From NCBI RefSeq assembly GCF_009914755.1, contig NC_060947.1: a DNA stretch of 64,000 nt; one strand, 5' to 3'. The position numbers were made by a program, and so were the translations under genes. This document shows, one piece after another, positions 1 to 18,360 of the stretch; position 1 is the stretch's first letter; each line of letters starts with the position of its first letter. This DNA comes from the human T2T-CHM13v2.0 reference genome, Homo sapiens. Under the pieces are notes generated by a model. That model searched no databases and was not told where the DNA came from. It saw nothing but the letters and a program-made list of their open reading frames with translations.

Positions 1-1928
<1,928 letters not shown>

Positions 1929-1929
1929 T

Positions 1930-2553
1930 TTTAATGGCTTTGTAATGTTATCAACTTGCCTAGGCTGAGCTACACTTCCCAGAATTCACTCTCTTGTTTG
2001 TTTCCAGTTAGGGTTGGCCACATGGGAGATTCTTGGGAGATTTGAAGGCTGGAAGAGAAACAGTGGCCATTATTTCAGCTCATACATGTTGTTGTCGATC
2101 TGCTGACTCACTTCGTTGGTTTGAGGCAACAGCTGGGCCTGTAACTGCTCTACTTTTGCCCTGATTGCCTTTTGGTTTCTGTGACTCTTAGGCCAGGTAT
2201 GTGTATCTAGCTCTGTGACAAAAAGTCCCACTTCTGCTAGATACCCTTATCACCAAGGTCAGAGGCAACAAGAACTAACATGTATTCCAGTTCTTCTTCA
2301 TGGGGTTCTAGCTTGTGCTTGTTGGTTCCAACCTGTTCTTGATCTCCCCACTTTACCTGTCTTTCTTTCCCTACTGCCTGCCCCATGGACTTCAAGCTCC
2401 ATCATCAGAATCAGAAACAATAACCATACAGAGACTGCTTATCCAACTCTCACAATTCCATAAAGGCAATTCCCTGTAACAAATCCATATTGGCTGTATG
2501 CAATTCATATCCCCTACTGATTCTGCTTCTTTGATTGGTCTTGGACGGATACA
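1930..2553 (+). mobile_element. MLT2-type ERVL LTR
   Basis: Begins 'taatggctttgtaatgttatcaacttgcctaggctg' after the PPT and ends '...gattctgcttct...gataca'. Confidence 0.6.
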
Positions 2554-4469
2554 GGTGAGGAGCCAGTGTGGAGAGAATTGAGTTTAAACATGTTAAGATT
2601 ACAATGCAAGTGAAACAACAATGTAAAAATGTCTACAGGTAAGATAATTTGGAATTCAGTAGGAAAGATGAGGAGAGAATATAGATTTGAAATGCTTTCA
2701 TGGAGGTAAACGCTGAAGTCACTACAGTGGATAAGATTCTTGGGAACATTGGTGAAAAAGGAAGAAAGGAAAAAAGACAATATACAATTAGAACAGAGGG
2801 GAGTGAAGGAAGCCATAGCAAACATCAGCTTCTGGATCTTGATAGAGGACATCCAAATCCCAAGGAGGAAAGGCCTTTATTTTTTGCCAGATAGGACCCG
2901 AGGGAATATACACAAGGGCACATGACCCAGGACTAGAAGCAGACTGAAAAATGGAACAACATGAGGACACATCAGTTACATTTTGTGGCTCAATCTTTTT
3001 CCTATGAGGATTGAGCTCCATAACCTTAAAGCCCTCACTGTGGGTTTTAATGGAGTTTGTGAAACTACCCTTTCTGCCTAACACAGCAACAGAGAAAAAG
3101 GAGGCCACAACACTTCTGAGGCAGGAATGCTTTAATGTGGTAGTGAGGAAACCCTCATTTGTATCCCCGAGGCAATGCATTTGAAAAGGAAACCCCCAAT
3201 TTGTATCCCTGAGGCTATGTGTTTGAAAAGGAAAATAACTGGTGTAGGACTAGGACTTTTTAATATACAGAGACTATCCTCAGAGATAATGCTTCCATTC
3301 AACTATTATCATATTGATTCCCCCAACAAGACCCATTTTAGGCCCAATTGGGTCTGCTCCGGGTCCTGCACACATAGTTCTCACCCTTTTATCCTTTATT
3401 CTCAATAAGATTTTTGGACTGCCCACTTCAAAGATGGTGCAACTGCCCCCTTGCAGAAGGCTGCATTCATTGAACTGTCTCTCCCTACTCGCTTCTTAAT
3501 CCTTACTGATTCTGTTGCTGCTTTGGCACATCCTGGGGCCTTGGTCTTTTAGAATGCTGATTCATCCAGCAAGCATCTGCTGGAGGTAACAGCCTTGTCA
3601 CATGTTTCAAGTCAAAGAAGGATGTGTTGGAGGAGAGGGAAAGCTTTCATTTACTCTCTTGTAAGCAACCCAAAGGTCAGCATCACTGCCAGGACTTAGA
3701 CTGGAAAATTTGTCCTGGAGGCTAGAGAAGGGTTTCCAGCTGCAAGAACAGCTAATGTACATCCCCTGTTGGACTCTGTCCTCTGTCCTCCCCACTCTCT
3801 CTATGTGTGTGCTCACTCTAAGCTGCCTCTCCCTGTGGTTGTGCCCATGCCCTTTCCCCTTCTTTTCCTAAAGACCTCTCCTGGATGGTGAGAGTTTCTG
3901 GCTCATTATGAGGTCCTCAGGGAGGCCAAAGCACATGCAGAAACCCTGCTGTTTGGCAAGAGCTCTTAAGGCTGGAGCCAAGTACAAAAAAAATGGCAAA
4001 GTTTAGAAACAATGAATTAGTAGTCCTTCCTGGGTTGCATCATTCTGTTAGTGATAACTAATCAAATGCTTCATTTAGTCAAATCCTGTTGGACTTTTTG
4101 TTCCAAGTGCTTTCCAAGGATCGGCCTTTCTCTGACCATGGTAAATAGCCAAAGAAAAGTCAATGCATGGAAAGGTTACAAGACTTGCACAGAGACCCAT
4201 GAGAGTTGAACACGTCCACACTAAATGCAGATTCTGAGCTATCAGCATTGGGGTTCTATAGTAATATTTTTCATGCAGCTGTTTGAAGCTTTTCCTGCTT
4301 TCCTGCTCTGGTTCTTTTCTCTCTCTGCTGGAGTGGATTCAATTTGTGGTCATCTGGAACACATAAGTTATCAACACTTTCCCCCATTTGCCTCATGTTC
4401 CCTTCTCTCAAAAGGAGAACATGCAGTGATGTGTCTCTTGAGTATATGATCTGGTATATGAAATCCAAT

Positions 4470-5680
4470 GTTTGGTATATCTTATTCTCAAATGGATGCC
4501 ATTGCATGACGGTCATATTATATCGTTTCCTACAACTTTCTTCCTTTCAAAAATGTTGCCTAAACCTTCTATCTCCAATATCCTAGTCCAATCTGATGTC
4601 TGCCCACATGACTCCTCTGAAATAACTCTTGCTGTCATGACCTGCGTGTTATTGTCACCTACAGAAATATTTTAGTCCTCATCTTTGCACACCTCTCAGA
4701 AGCATTCAACACTAATAACCACTTATCACTTCTAGTAGCACTAACAACCTTTAGTTTCCAGGACATAATATTATCCTGCCTCCAACATCTCTGGATGCTT
4801 CTCAGTTTCTAGCTATCCATCTGCTTCTGGGCAACCATTGAATATTGGATTCCATGAGAATCTCTATACTCTCTCCCAAGATGATCTTATCCATACTTAA
4901 CAGCTTTAATTGTCAGCTAAACACTGAGATCCCGTAAATCTGTATTTTTAGGTCCTTGTCTGTGTTCTTAACTCTATGTATCTTCTTTTCATTGTTCAAA
5001 TGCATCCCCAACTCCAGGTCTACTGAATAAATTCAGGACCTCTACTCTGCAACCTAATTGTCTTATGTGTCTCTATAGTTGGCACCACTGTTCATCCTTG
5101 ACACTTTTCTTCCACCATGCCCCACCCCACCCAACCCATCCGTAAGTGCTGTTGATTTTCCTGTTTATGGTGGTTGAATCCAGCCCTGTCTCTCCATCTT
5201 TATTGCCACCCACTTAGCCAGTGCTAGATCCCATCACTTGTCAATTGGGCTCCCAACAACAGCCTTGTAAGTAGTCCCATGCATCCACTCCTGTCCCTCC
5301 TGCAACCTCAGTTTATTCTCTACTTGCTGTACTAGGAACAAACTGTCACTCACCAGCTTAAAACTCTTTGATGAATTACTGGTGCTACAGACTAAAGAAC
5401 AAGATTCTGACTACAGCCAAAAAGGCCCTGTTTGATCTGGATCCTGTCTACCTATCTAGCTTCAACTCTGTCCTCCATGCTTCCCCTCATTCCATATTGT
5501 GGCCACACTTCTTTCAGTCTGTGTACTGTTCCTTTCTGCCTCAGGGTTTTTACACATAATATTCCATTTGCTTGCATTTCCTACTCCTTATTCCAGGTAA
5601 CAGCTCCATATTTTCAGATCTTATCTTAAGTGACTATTCTTCGGAGAAGTTCTCCCTGACTCCCTAGTAGATAAGTTTGC
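4470..5680 (-). mobile_element. Old L2 LINE fragment (approximate bounds)
   Basis: Pyrimidine-rich L2-like phrases, e.g. 'aaggccctgtttgatctggatcctgtctacct' and 'gagaagttctccctgac'. Confidence 0.5.
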
Positions 5681-5692
5681 CTGCCTGTCTTA

Positions 5693-6195
5693 TGTGCTGC
5701 ATATTTTCCAAGATGGCTGTAACAATACCTTCCATCCATTATGCTCTTCTTAACAGTGTGACATTGACACTCCTCCTATGAAGGAAACTCCATATTTCTT
5801 CCTCTTAAGGTGGCTATGTGACTGTCAGAAGTGACACTGTGTGACTTCTAAAGCTAGGTCATAAAAGGTAATGTAGCTTTGGCCTGGTCTTTTCTTTGAG
5901 ATGCTGACTATTGGAAGCCAGCAACCACACTGGGATGAAGCCACATGGAGGGGTCATTGAGATCTCAGTCAACAGCTAGCATCAACTGCTGACATGACAG
6001 TTAGGAAGCCTTCAAGGTTACTTCAACCCCAGTCACTGTTGAACTGCAAATACATGAAACACCCTAAGTGAGAAATGCCCAGCTGAGCCACGTTAACCTT
6101 AGACCTATGAGATATAATAAGAAATAATAGTTGTTGTTTTGAGCCAATAAATTTTGAGATGATTCATTATGAAGCAACAATAGATAACTGAAACA
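5693..6195 (+). mobile_element. MLT1-family MaLR LTR
   Basis: TG...CA ends; 'ttgttgttttgagccaataaattttg...tagataactgaaaca'. Confidence 0.65.
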
Positions 6196-6748
6196 TGTAC
6201 TTTATAGCATGTATCTAGTTGAACAACTTGTTTGAAACCATATAACATTTGTCTATTTATGTAAAGTATTTGAATAATATATATATTCCCAGATAGACTT
6301 TAAATCTCTTTGACACAGGAACGGTGTCTGATTTGCTCATCACTGTATTTATAGCACTAGCAAAGAGCACATGGTGGGTACTCAAAAAACACTTTTTGAG
6401 TAAATTAATAAATGAATGAATTCCTATTGTTGGGACAAGTTTGTAAAACTTTCCCATATGAAAGTTTGAATTTTCCCATATGAAAGCTTGAATTAACACT
6501 TCAATTTATCTAATTGTGTAACCTCTTAAGGCTTATTTGATGTGACATTTCTCACTAAAAAATTAATGACTCAAAGCACAGTGAATGATGATTCTCATTA
6601 ATTCATCAAACATTTGTTGACCATGTGCAAAGTCACTTTGGGAATACCAAGAGTTATCACAGGGTTTCTTCACTCCAGTTGCTCACACATGGAATGCTTC
6701 AAGAATTTACCAGAGACCATTGGCATTTAAGAATTCCACATTTTCTGT

Positions 6749-7115
6749 TGCTATGATCTGAATGTTTGTGTTCCCCCAAAATTCATATGTTGAAATCCTA
6801 ACCTTTAAGGCGATGGTATTAAGGGATGAAGCCTTTTGTAGGTAATTTAGATCATGAGAGTGGAGCCCTCATGAATGAAATTAGTGGCCTTATAAAAGAG
6901 GCCCTGAAAGAGAACCCTTTCTTCTCTCACCATCTGAGAATGTAGCGAGAAGTTGCCATCTATGAATCAGAAACCAAGCCCTCACCAGACACAGAATCTG
7001 CTGGTGCCTTGATCCTGGACTTCCCCGCCTCCAGAGCTGTGAAAAATAAATTTCTGTTGTTTATAAAATATCCAGTTTATGGTATTTTGTTATAGCAGCC
7101 CTAATGGACTAAGAC
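6749..7115 (+). mobile_element. MLT1A-like MaLR LTR
   Basis: 'tgctatgatctgaatgtttgtgttcccccaaaattcatatgttgaa...tatagcagccctaatggactaagac'. Confidence 0.8.
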
Positions 7116-10100
7116 GTGTGTTTATTTTTGTGTGTATGAGAAATGACTGAGTAATTTTCTGTCTGTTCAGCGTTCTTAAAATGATTGAGCCTCTGTGTCT
7201 TCGTGGCAGTTGTAGTGTGGTCACATCCAGGAATCACTTGACTGTACTGAAATGTGATTAGAGAAAAGGCTGGGAATACATACAGAAATATCTACCTATG
7301 ATGTCTTAGTAGTTTTGAAGGACTTTGTGAATGCCGGACATCATCTGTTGGCTGACACTATGGGTGGTATGGTAAATGAGAAGTTAAAGTGGACTGCAGG
7401 GCTCAGAAAAGCTATTATGGAGGTGGTGAGGCTTAAGGCAGGGTTTGAAGAATGAAAGCAGAGACAGCAATGTAAGATAGAGCAGAATGGTCATGTAGGA
7501 GAATAGTGAGAGAGGCAGCTGGAAAGAAAAATTGGAGCTAAGTTACCTGGATCTTTGATGATCAGGCTAAAATCTACTTGATTCTGAAGCCTAGAACCTA
7601 TAGGTGAGTGATTCTCCAGGAGAATGCAATATGGCTTCCTGGGTTGTCAAAAACACATGCTTCTGGAGAGCCTAATTTGCACTGTCCTACCTGGGGTGCC
7701 CTTCTCCTTCTTTCCTGCTTTTCTAAGATCCCTTCTGTATTGAAATAGTAAGCAACACGCCCTTGTGACTGATGAGCATATGTTGTTTCTCTGGGTGGGT
7801 TATATCAAAAAGAAAATAAAACAAAAAGATTGAAATTATGTATAATATGATCTGTGGGTATCCACGGAGATTTTTTTAAAACATAAAAGCGATATGAGTA
7901 AAACAGTCTCTGGAGAAGATGACCATCGCAGTGGTTGCAATGAGCAAGAAGGAAAATCTTGAGGCAGGAAGTTGATGCCTCAGACAATGTTGGTTGTCAA
8001 CCCAACATTCATTGCCTGCTTTTTCACTGCTAGCAGAGACCCAGTTTTGATCAGTTCCCCTCCTTGCTCTACAAGAATTAGGGGAGCTTGACTCCATTCC
8101 CAGCTCTAGGGGAAAAGCGGTACTTGGTGTAAGCCAATCATGACAGTCCTGTTCCTCCTACCAAGAATCAAATTAGGAGTGTGCATGTGGCACAGTAGGA
8201 CACTGAGATGTAAGGGGGGCCTGTGAAAGGTATCTTCACTTCTTGTTGCATATCGGGTTCTCTGAAAAAACAGACTCTGAGAAGGCAATGAGCATGCGGG
8301 AATTTCATGAGGGAGTGCATTTGAGATTGATGCCTGTGGGAGGAAAGAGAAGACAGCAGGAGTGGGTGAGAGAGACTTTCAGCTGTGATGTAGTTTCAGT
8401 GAATGCCTCAGCCAGCCCAACAAAGAACTCTAAGGATGGTCCTGCGGAGTCGTTCTGAGCTGAGGTGAGGAAGCTGGACCTTTATGTACTGGTGACAAAC
8501 AGTTATTGGATATTGGCTGCTCCCAGGAAGGGAAAGTGAATTTCAGCAAGGCAAGTATCTTCAGTAAAGGGCATTTCCAAAAAGGACTGACAGCTGCAGG
8601 CTCTCTGCTAAAAACACCTCCAGCAGCTGAGAGAATAGGTCCTTCAATCCTAAAGAGGAATATAGGTAGCACATTTCAGCATCCACTATACTCCTAAAAT
8701 AATCATACAGACAAGAGAAAGTCCCTCTTGTTCCACTGACATTATGCATGAATGTATGCCTGGAATACAATAGCCATTTCACAACCAGACTGAGACTGGA
8801 GTCAACACAGGAAGATGAGGAGAATGAAGAGAACGACAAGAGAAATAGAACCAGAGCCTGTATCCATGTTGCCTGGAGCCTACCTGGGGTTCTGGACTCC
8901 TTCATATAGGTGGTAAAAATGTTGTTACTGTTTGCATCAGTTGAGTTAGGCTTTTCTCTTACTTGAACCCCAAGCATCCTAGCCAAGGATGGATACTTCA
9001 GGCAACAGACGATAAGGCTTGAAAAACATACAAAGAATGGGAAAGAAGGCACAGGTACAAGAAATATTGCAAAGAAAGCATCAGTAAAACCTAAGGCCTG
9101 GCACTATGAGGTACAATGGTGACTTCATTTTTATAATAGTCACAAACTTCCTTGTTTTTGGAATGGCCAAATGAATTAAATGATGGAATCAATATTCTGG
9201 CAAATATTTTAAGTGGTTGATGTGGTCTGTTTGTGTTTTGTGATAGCCCAGAACAAATCGTACCTCAATTTCTTTCTGGGGAACTACCTTTCCCTATTGT
9301 GAAAAATCTAGTGGAATGGGAAATCCAGATGTCTCCCCGTCCAACTATGAAAGCCCAAGAGTTTCAGGAAGTAGCATCCACCTGATTCTTCTTTATTTCC
9401 CTGATATAGTGTAAGGCAGGCACCTTTTCTTGGCCATCTTGACCTTGAATTAGAAGAAGAGACAGAATAAGTGACAAAATGGTTGTATTTTTAAAAATTT
9501 CAATAGCAGCACCCTGACTGTTCCTACAATGCCTATTTCCCAGTGCTCCACCCCTGCCCACTCAAAGCTGCCCCTCTTTTGCCTGCTTCCAAACCTTTTC
9601 TTCTGCCTTCCTGTCAACATTGCATACTCCTGAAATCCTGCTCACGTTTCACCAATATCCAGTCTCTCTTTAATAATACAACCCCTGAGCTTTAGCTAGG
9701 CACATGAATTCCCAGCTCAGGGTATTTCACCCTCCCTTGCAATTTGATATAGTCCTAAGACTAAGTTCTGTCACGGAATGTAAGTGGAAGTAATGTATGC
9801 TAACTTCCAAGTTGTTCCTTGATAATGGAAGGTTCACATGCTATCCTGAGCCTCTCCCTTTAATCTTGGCTAGGAGATGAAAACTGGGCAGCCATCTTGA
9901 ACCATGAAATGGAAGCATGTTGAGGATTGCAGAGTGGCTTCACTAGTCTTGGATTGCACATTTCTGGACTGTGATCTGAGAAAGAAACATGTACCCTGAA
10001 TCAGCCAATCTACAGTGGGTCTCTGTCACAGCATCTTGGCATCTACCCTGAATAATATAACTTCTAATAAGTTCTTAATTTTTGAACAAACTTATCTGAC

Positions 10101-10769
10101 ATGCCTAATCAATTAGTGTTAATAATATGAAAATATTAACAAAATTAAAACTTTAGGGGGTTTTGTAGTTCAAATATTGGCAGACATGAAATATTTAAAT
10201 GATTCCGTAGCCAAGAGAAGCTGTGCAGACACTGGAATATTTATAGTGTAAGACAGTAAGAATCGTGGTATTTGTGTTTCCATAACACTGAGGAACCATT
10301 TCCACCTTGGATCCAATCTAGAAATTATTTTTTTCCTGCCAAAGCCTAACTTGGATAAAATCCTCTCCTTCACAAATGTGAAGCAGAAGCCATAGGAGGA
10401 GAAAACTGAGTTTCCATAGAACAGAGGACAGAGACACAGCACAGAGAATAAGATTTTATTTCCAGAGTTGTACAATAAAAGCAATGGGATTTTTGTAGAA
10501 TGTTGGAGGAGATGAACTAGCCTAGTAATATAGTTGCTACATCTCAAAACTTTAAAGTAATTTTTGAGCAGTTACTCATGTAGACAGTTTTCTATACATT
10601 TTCAGAAAGACCCTACAGCGTAGACATTTACTGACCACCAAATACCTATGTGCTTCTCTACGTTTTCTAGCCTTCTTGCAATTAGGTAGAACCATATGGC
10701 TGGTTATGGCTGTGAAAAGTGTGATATATTGTTCCTAAGCTTAAGCATTTAAGAGCCAACATATGTAGT

Positions 10770-13130
<2,361 letters not shown>

Positions 13131-13414
13131 TGCTGTAAGGTGAAGATCAGATTAAGGGTGTAGCCCTCAATAAAATCTCTTACTTGTACAAAATTACTCA
13201 GGAAAAAAAATGTAATTAAGATGATGGCCTTCTCTGCCCTCTTCTAGATTCTTTCATTATTAAATCAATAGAGAGAGAAAGATGTGGGATTTACAAAACA
13301 GCAAAAAGTGTGCCAGATCTGTTAATTATGTCCTCAAAAGAACTATGGGTGTGGCTGTTACATGGCATTGACTACAATCATATTTTAAGAAGTCTAATAA
13401 GGCTTTATTAAGTT

Positions 13415-13790
13415 TATTTTTAAAGTGTCAAATTCAGTGGTTTTAGTATAGTCACAAAGTTGTACAACCAATATCGCTAATTCCAGAGCAGTTTCATCAG
13501 CCCCAAAAGACACATCATACCTAATTAGCACTCACTTTTCATTCCTCCCTCCTGCTAACCCCTGGAAACTAGTCTACTTTCTGTCTCTATGGATTTGCCT
13601 ATTTCGGATATTTCATGTAAATTGTATTATATAAAACATGGTCTTTCGCATTTGTCTTCTGTCATTTAGCATAATGTTTTTAAGGGTCATCCGTGTTGTA
13701 GCATGTGTCACTGCTTCATTCCTTTTTATGGATAAATAATATTCCATTACATAGGTGTGCCATTTTTATTAATCAGTTTACCCATTGTTC
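13415..13790 (-). mobile_element. L1M 3' end fragment
   Basis: 'ctttctgtctctatggatttgcctatt...catccgtgttgtagcatgtg...cttcattcctttttatgg'. Confidence 0.7.
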
Positions 13791-13817
13791 AGTCTAACAA
13801 GTTTTTAAGAGTCTTGT

Positions 13818-14129
<312 letters not shown>

Positions 14130-15205
14130 CTAGAGAAGCCACAAGTCTGGGCAATAACAAATGGAATAAAATAAGACGACTATTCAAGCCTTAAAATCCT
14201 CCAAGGACCTTGAGTATATACAACCTTTATTTAATCAATCAAATTTTTTTTTAATGAAATAAACCATCTTTGGGTCCCCAGTCTTCTAAGGGCAGCAGAC
14301 AACACTAGATAGACTCAAGGAGGGCATATATGTTCTTCAATAACTACTTTAGTTATGGCAAGAAGCGGAATAGAAAAAGGAGAGCTGCTAGAGGGCAGGC
14401 CAGGGACCACCAAGAACAATGGACAAGAGAGTTTCTTCCAGAGAGAAAATCAGGGCCTGATTCAGAATGTTCTTCACTCTCAGGATAGGGGCCTCCACTC
14501 ACACAGAGCAGTTTTGGAACTGCTACATCCAGTAACTGCTGTGTGTCTCTTTCTTTCCCTTTCCAAATGAGAATGTTTATTTCCACCATTATATGTTAGG
14601 TGTGTGTTGGAAGGGGAGGCCAGACAATTCGTTGTTTTCATTAGGCTTTTGGACCAAGAAGAACCAGGACTGGTCCAGAGGTGAAGGCTATCGTGCATTG
14701 CCCAGAGATGCAGAATTATAAGCTATATTAATAGATTACATGGGACTTTGGGTGGCCTCCCTTGGGGAATGGTGGAGGGTATTCTATACATGGGAATGTA
14801 TTTAGATCAGGAGGAAATTTCCTTTTGGCTAAAGGCAACTTTCCAGAAGAGGAAGCAGCTGTGAGCCACTGGCCAACATTAACAGCAGCTGGGAGATGTG
14901 TGCACCTGCCTGGTGAAAGTCATCAAGGTGGGGGCACCAATAGCATCTACTACAGGGTGAATGGAAGCAAGGGGATATTTGGTAAACAGAAGTGTGGACC
15001 GTGGCAGAGGCATCTAGTGCACATTGAATATCCATGTGTTTCTCCACATTTCCAAGCCCTCTTTACAAATAAATGGGGTCATGTGGCCAAAGTGCTTGAA
15101 GAAGTAAAATTTGTCACTTTTGAGGCAAAGCATTTAAGAGTCTCCTAGTTCTTCTCTTTTCCTGCCTCAGCAATCATGAAGCTCAAATGTTAAGATATCA
15201 GTGTC

Positions 15206-15484
15206 GGCGTGGTGGCTCACGCCTGTAATCCCAGCACTTTGGGAGACCGAAGCGCGTGGATCACCTGAGGTCAGGAGTTCAAGACCAGCTTGGCTAATAT
15301 GGCCAACCCTGGTCTCTACTAAAAATATAAAAATTAGCAAGGTACAGTGGAGCATGCCTGTAATCCCAGCTACTCAGGAGGCTGAGGCAGGAGAATCGCT
15401 TGAACCTGGGGAGTAGAGGTTGCAGTGTCGCCTGGGCGACAAAGCAAGACTCCATCTCAAAAAACAAACAAACAAACAAAAACA
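15206..15484 (+). mobile_element. AluS with TSD aagatatcag(t/c)gtc
   Basis: Dimer, (AAAC)n tail, TSD at 15192-15205 and 15485-15498. Confidence 0.9.
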
Positions 15485-15722
15485 AAGATATCAGCGTCTC
15501 CATCAGCCTGTGTCGCTATGTGGAACAGAGCTACCCCCAAAGCTCACCTTGTTGGCTCACATTGAACTTATATCCTGAGCTCAGAATAAACCTTTGTTGT
15601 GTTAAGCCGCTTGTTTGCATGTTTATTTGTTATATTATGAATTGGTTTATCCATTCAAGTTTGATTAGGAAAGCAGAGATACTGTAAGTGATATGGAATT
15701 TTGAATTTATGATAAGGATTAC

Positions 15723-16044
15723 TTTAAGATGTCAAGTCTCCCTGAACTGATCTTTACATTCAACTCAGTCCAAATCAAAATCTCAGTAGGCTTTTGTCAT
15801 GGAAATTAACAGACAAATTCTAAAATGAATATTGAAATGCAAAGAACTAGAGCAGCAAAAACCACTTTGAAAAAGAAAATAAATGTGGAGAAATAACGCT
15901 CCCTGACTTCAAGATTTATTAAAAAGCTATGTTAATGAAGATAATGTGGTGTTGGCATAAAGGTAGACAAACAGATCAATGAAACAGAAGAGAAAGTCCA
16001 GAAATAGACCCACGCATATAAGATCAATTAATTTCTGACAAAGG
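15723..16044 (+). repeat. Direct duplicate of 11852-12174 (L1 fragment)
   Basis: Manual alignment gave 6 substitutions and 1 indel over ~322 bp. Confidence 0.92.
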
Positions 16045-16084
16045 AGTTGTGGAAGCTGGTGAGGAACCATATAGAAAGCTGTTG

Positions 16085-16340
16085 TCCATTGAGTACACAA
16101 AGAAGGAAACAATAGATACAGGGACCTCCTTGAGGGTGAAGGGTGGGAGGAGAGTGAGGGTTGAAAAACTACGTATCAGGTACTATTCTCACTACCTGGG
16201 TAACAAAATTATCTGTACACCAAACCCCCAACATGCAATTTACCCACGTAAAAAACCTGCAGTGTACCCCCTGAACCTAAAATAGAAATTGAAAATAAAT
16301 ACATTAATAACTAATAAATAAAATCATAGCCAAAAAAAAA
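16085..16340 (+). mobile_element. Short L1 3' end with A-rich tail, inside an LTR-like element
   Basis: 'acttgagggtg..gggtgggaggag'-type 3'UTR and 'tgtaccccctgaacctaaaata', then an A tail. Confidence 0.75.
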
Positions 16341-17559
16341 GAGTTGTGGCCTCTGCATACAATGATGAGTGTGAAGTCACTGTAGGTAGCAGGGCCAGAA
16401 ATCAGAAAGAAAAGTTGAATATAAAGTGGGAGAAAGCAAGGCCAAACTGGAGCCCATAAGGACAAACTGGAAACCATCCATTACTGACTGTCTCCAGTTT
16501 CAATGATGTGCGTGACCTGCAGAAGTTGACATCTTTTGCCACGGAGCTGCATATGCATCTGGCTCAGAACTTAAAGAAACTGAAGGAGGTCAGGAAGGAG
16601 GCAAAGAATCTGTGGGCCCAGCTCTTGTCCCATATCAACAAAGTGACCCAGCATATCTGCAGCAATATGTACAGCCTGCAGGATTGCCTGGCTCCTTACA
16701 CTGAGCTGCAGAGAATAATGGGTACTACTTCACCTTTACCTTCTAAATTCTCTTGTGGCCCACCACAAAAGAGAACCACACAGGGAAAGAAATTCTGAGA
16801 AACACAGTTCCAAGTTAGCTAAGTTGACCTACAAAGCCACTACACGTAGCCTAACGTAATACAGACTCAGAAAAGTGATGGCAGGGTTATACCCAGAACT
16901 TGAGTAACACAACAAAGTAAGAAAAAATCAAAGTGAAGACAATTCTCTCAGCCACACTTGGCTAAAGATATTCATCAATTCATAGAGAAAAAATTAAAAA
17001 ATAAATGTAGGAAATCAAATAATTATAGTTAATGCTGCACACAATTTAAAGTATAGTGATTAAGAGCACAGATTTTGTAAAGTCAAAAATCCACTTACAA
17101 GCTGTATGATCTTACACAGTTACTTTTTTTTCTCTGTGACTCATTTCTAAATCTATAAAATGGGGATAGTAAAACTTTTCTCATAGGGTTGTTGTGAAGA
17201 TTAAAAGAGTTAATAAAAATAAAGCCCATGTAACTGTGTTTGGTGCATAAGTGTTTATTAAATGTTAATATTTTCACTATTATGTATAACCATGCTTTAA
17301 CTTTATATAAGATACACACTTATAATGCTCGGTAAATTTCTAGGTTGTCTTTATGAAGTTCCAGGTGAAAAGTTTCCTCCATGTGTTATGGCAGATAGCT
17401 ACTTGGAATGGGGACCCCTACCTGAGAGTTGTAGGCAAGATGCTGTTGTCCAGAATGGGGAAAACCAAGTCTGTAGTCTCTCTTGCAGAATACTTCCCTT
17501 GCAAAAAGATGTCTGATATAATCTATAGCTCAGTAACATGAATTATTATCACTTATATA

Positions 17560-17637
17560 TTAAGTTGGTGCAAAAGTAACTGCGGTTTTGCCGTTAAAAG
17601 TAATTGCAAAGCCGCAATTACTTTTGCACTGACCTTA
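17560..17637. mobile_element. MADE1 (Hsmar1-derived MITE), ~78-bp palindrome
   Basis: TIRs 'ttaagttggtgcaaaagtaactgcgg' and 'ccgcaattacttttgcactgacctta'. Confidence 0.88.
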
Positions 17638-18070
17638 TGTGCATATATGTTTACGTGTGTCATTGACATGGGACTTCTGACCTAGATCAATGATATATTC
17701 ACATTCTGTGAATAATTAGAGAGAAAGCAGAGACCATCTACTTAAAAAAATAGACTTCTAAAATTTTTCCTGTGTCTTCTGTTAAGGCATCCTCTTAGGT
17801 AAATAAAGCCAAGGTATTCAAGCAAGTACAATTGTGGTTTATCAGACTCAATTCTAGATCTGGTGATAATTCTCACTAGAACATCTGTATGTATTTGTGT
17901 GTATGTGTCTGTGCATGAGAGGCTATTATCAAATCAGAGTTTGTATTAGTAGATGTTCACAGCCAATTTGGTTGATTGTATTTTGTTAACAGGTATGACT
18001 GGGCTTTTCCAATTTCTCTTATCAAAAAGAGAAAAGGTATTCAGTGACAAGTAAAAAAAATCATAGAGAT

Positions 18071-18360
18071 GGTTAGGTGTAGTGGCTCACACCTGTAATC
18101 CCAGAACTTTGGGAGGCAGAGGCAGGAGGATCACTTGAGGCTAGGAGTTCAAGATCAGCCTGGGCAACATGGCAAGACTGCCGACTCTACAAAAAAAAAA
18201 AAAAAAAATTAGCAGTAGCTGTGACTATGGGAATGTGCCACCATGCTCAGTTTACTCAGCAGGAGGATTGCCTGAGCCCGGGAATTTGAAGCTGCAGTGA
18301 TCTACGACTGCTTCTTTGCACTCTAGCCTGGGCAACACAGCAAAACCCGTCTCTTTAAAA
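18071..18360 (+). mobile_element. Degenerate AluJ
   Basis: Left arm intact, long central A-run, diverged right arm. Confidence 0.75.

Noticed and set aside
6450-6493. 22-bp tandem duplication tttcccatatgaaag(t/c)ttgaat
   Set aside because: A two-copy slippage product with no supporting context.
8561-9052. 163-aa minus-strand ORF
   Set aside because: It overlaps degenerate MaLR-like sequence and shows no homology or splice structure that I can recognise.
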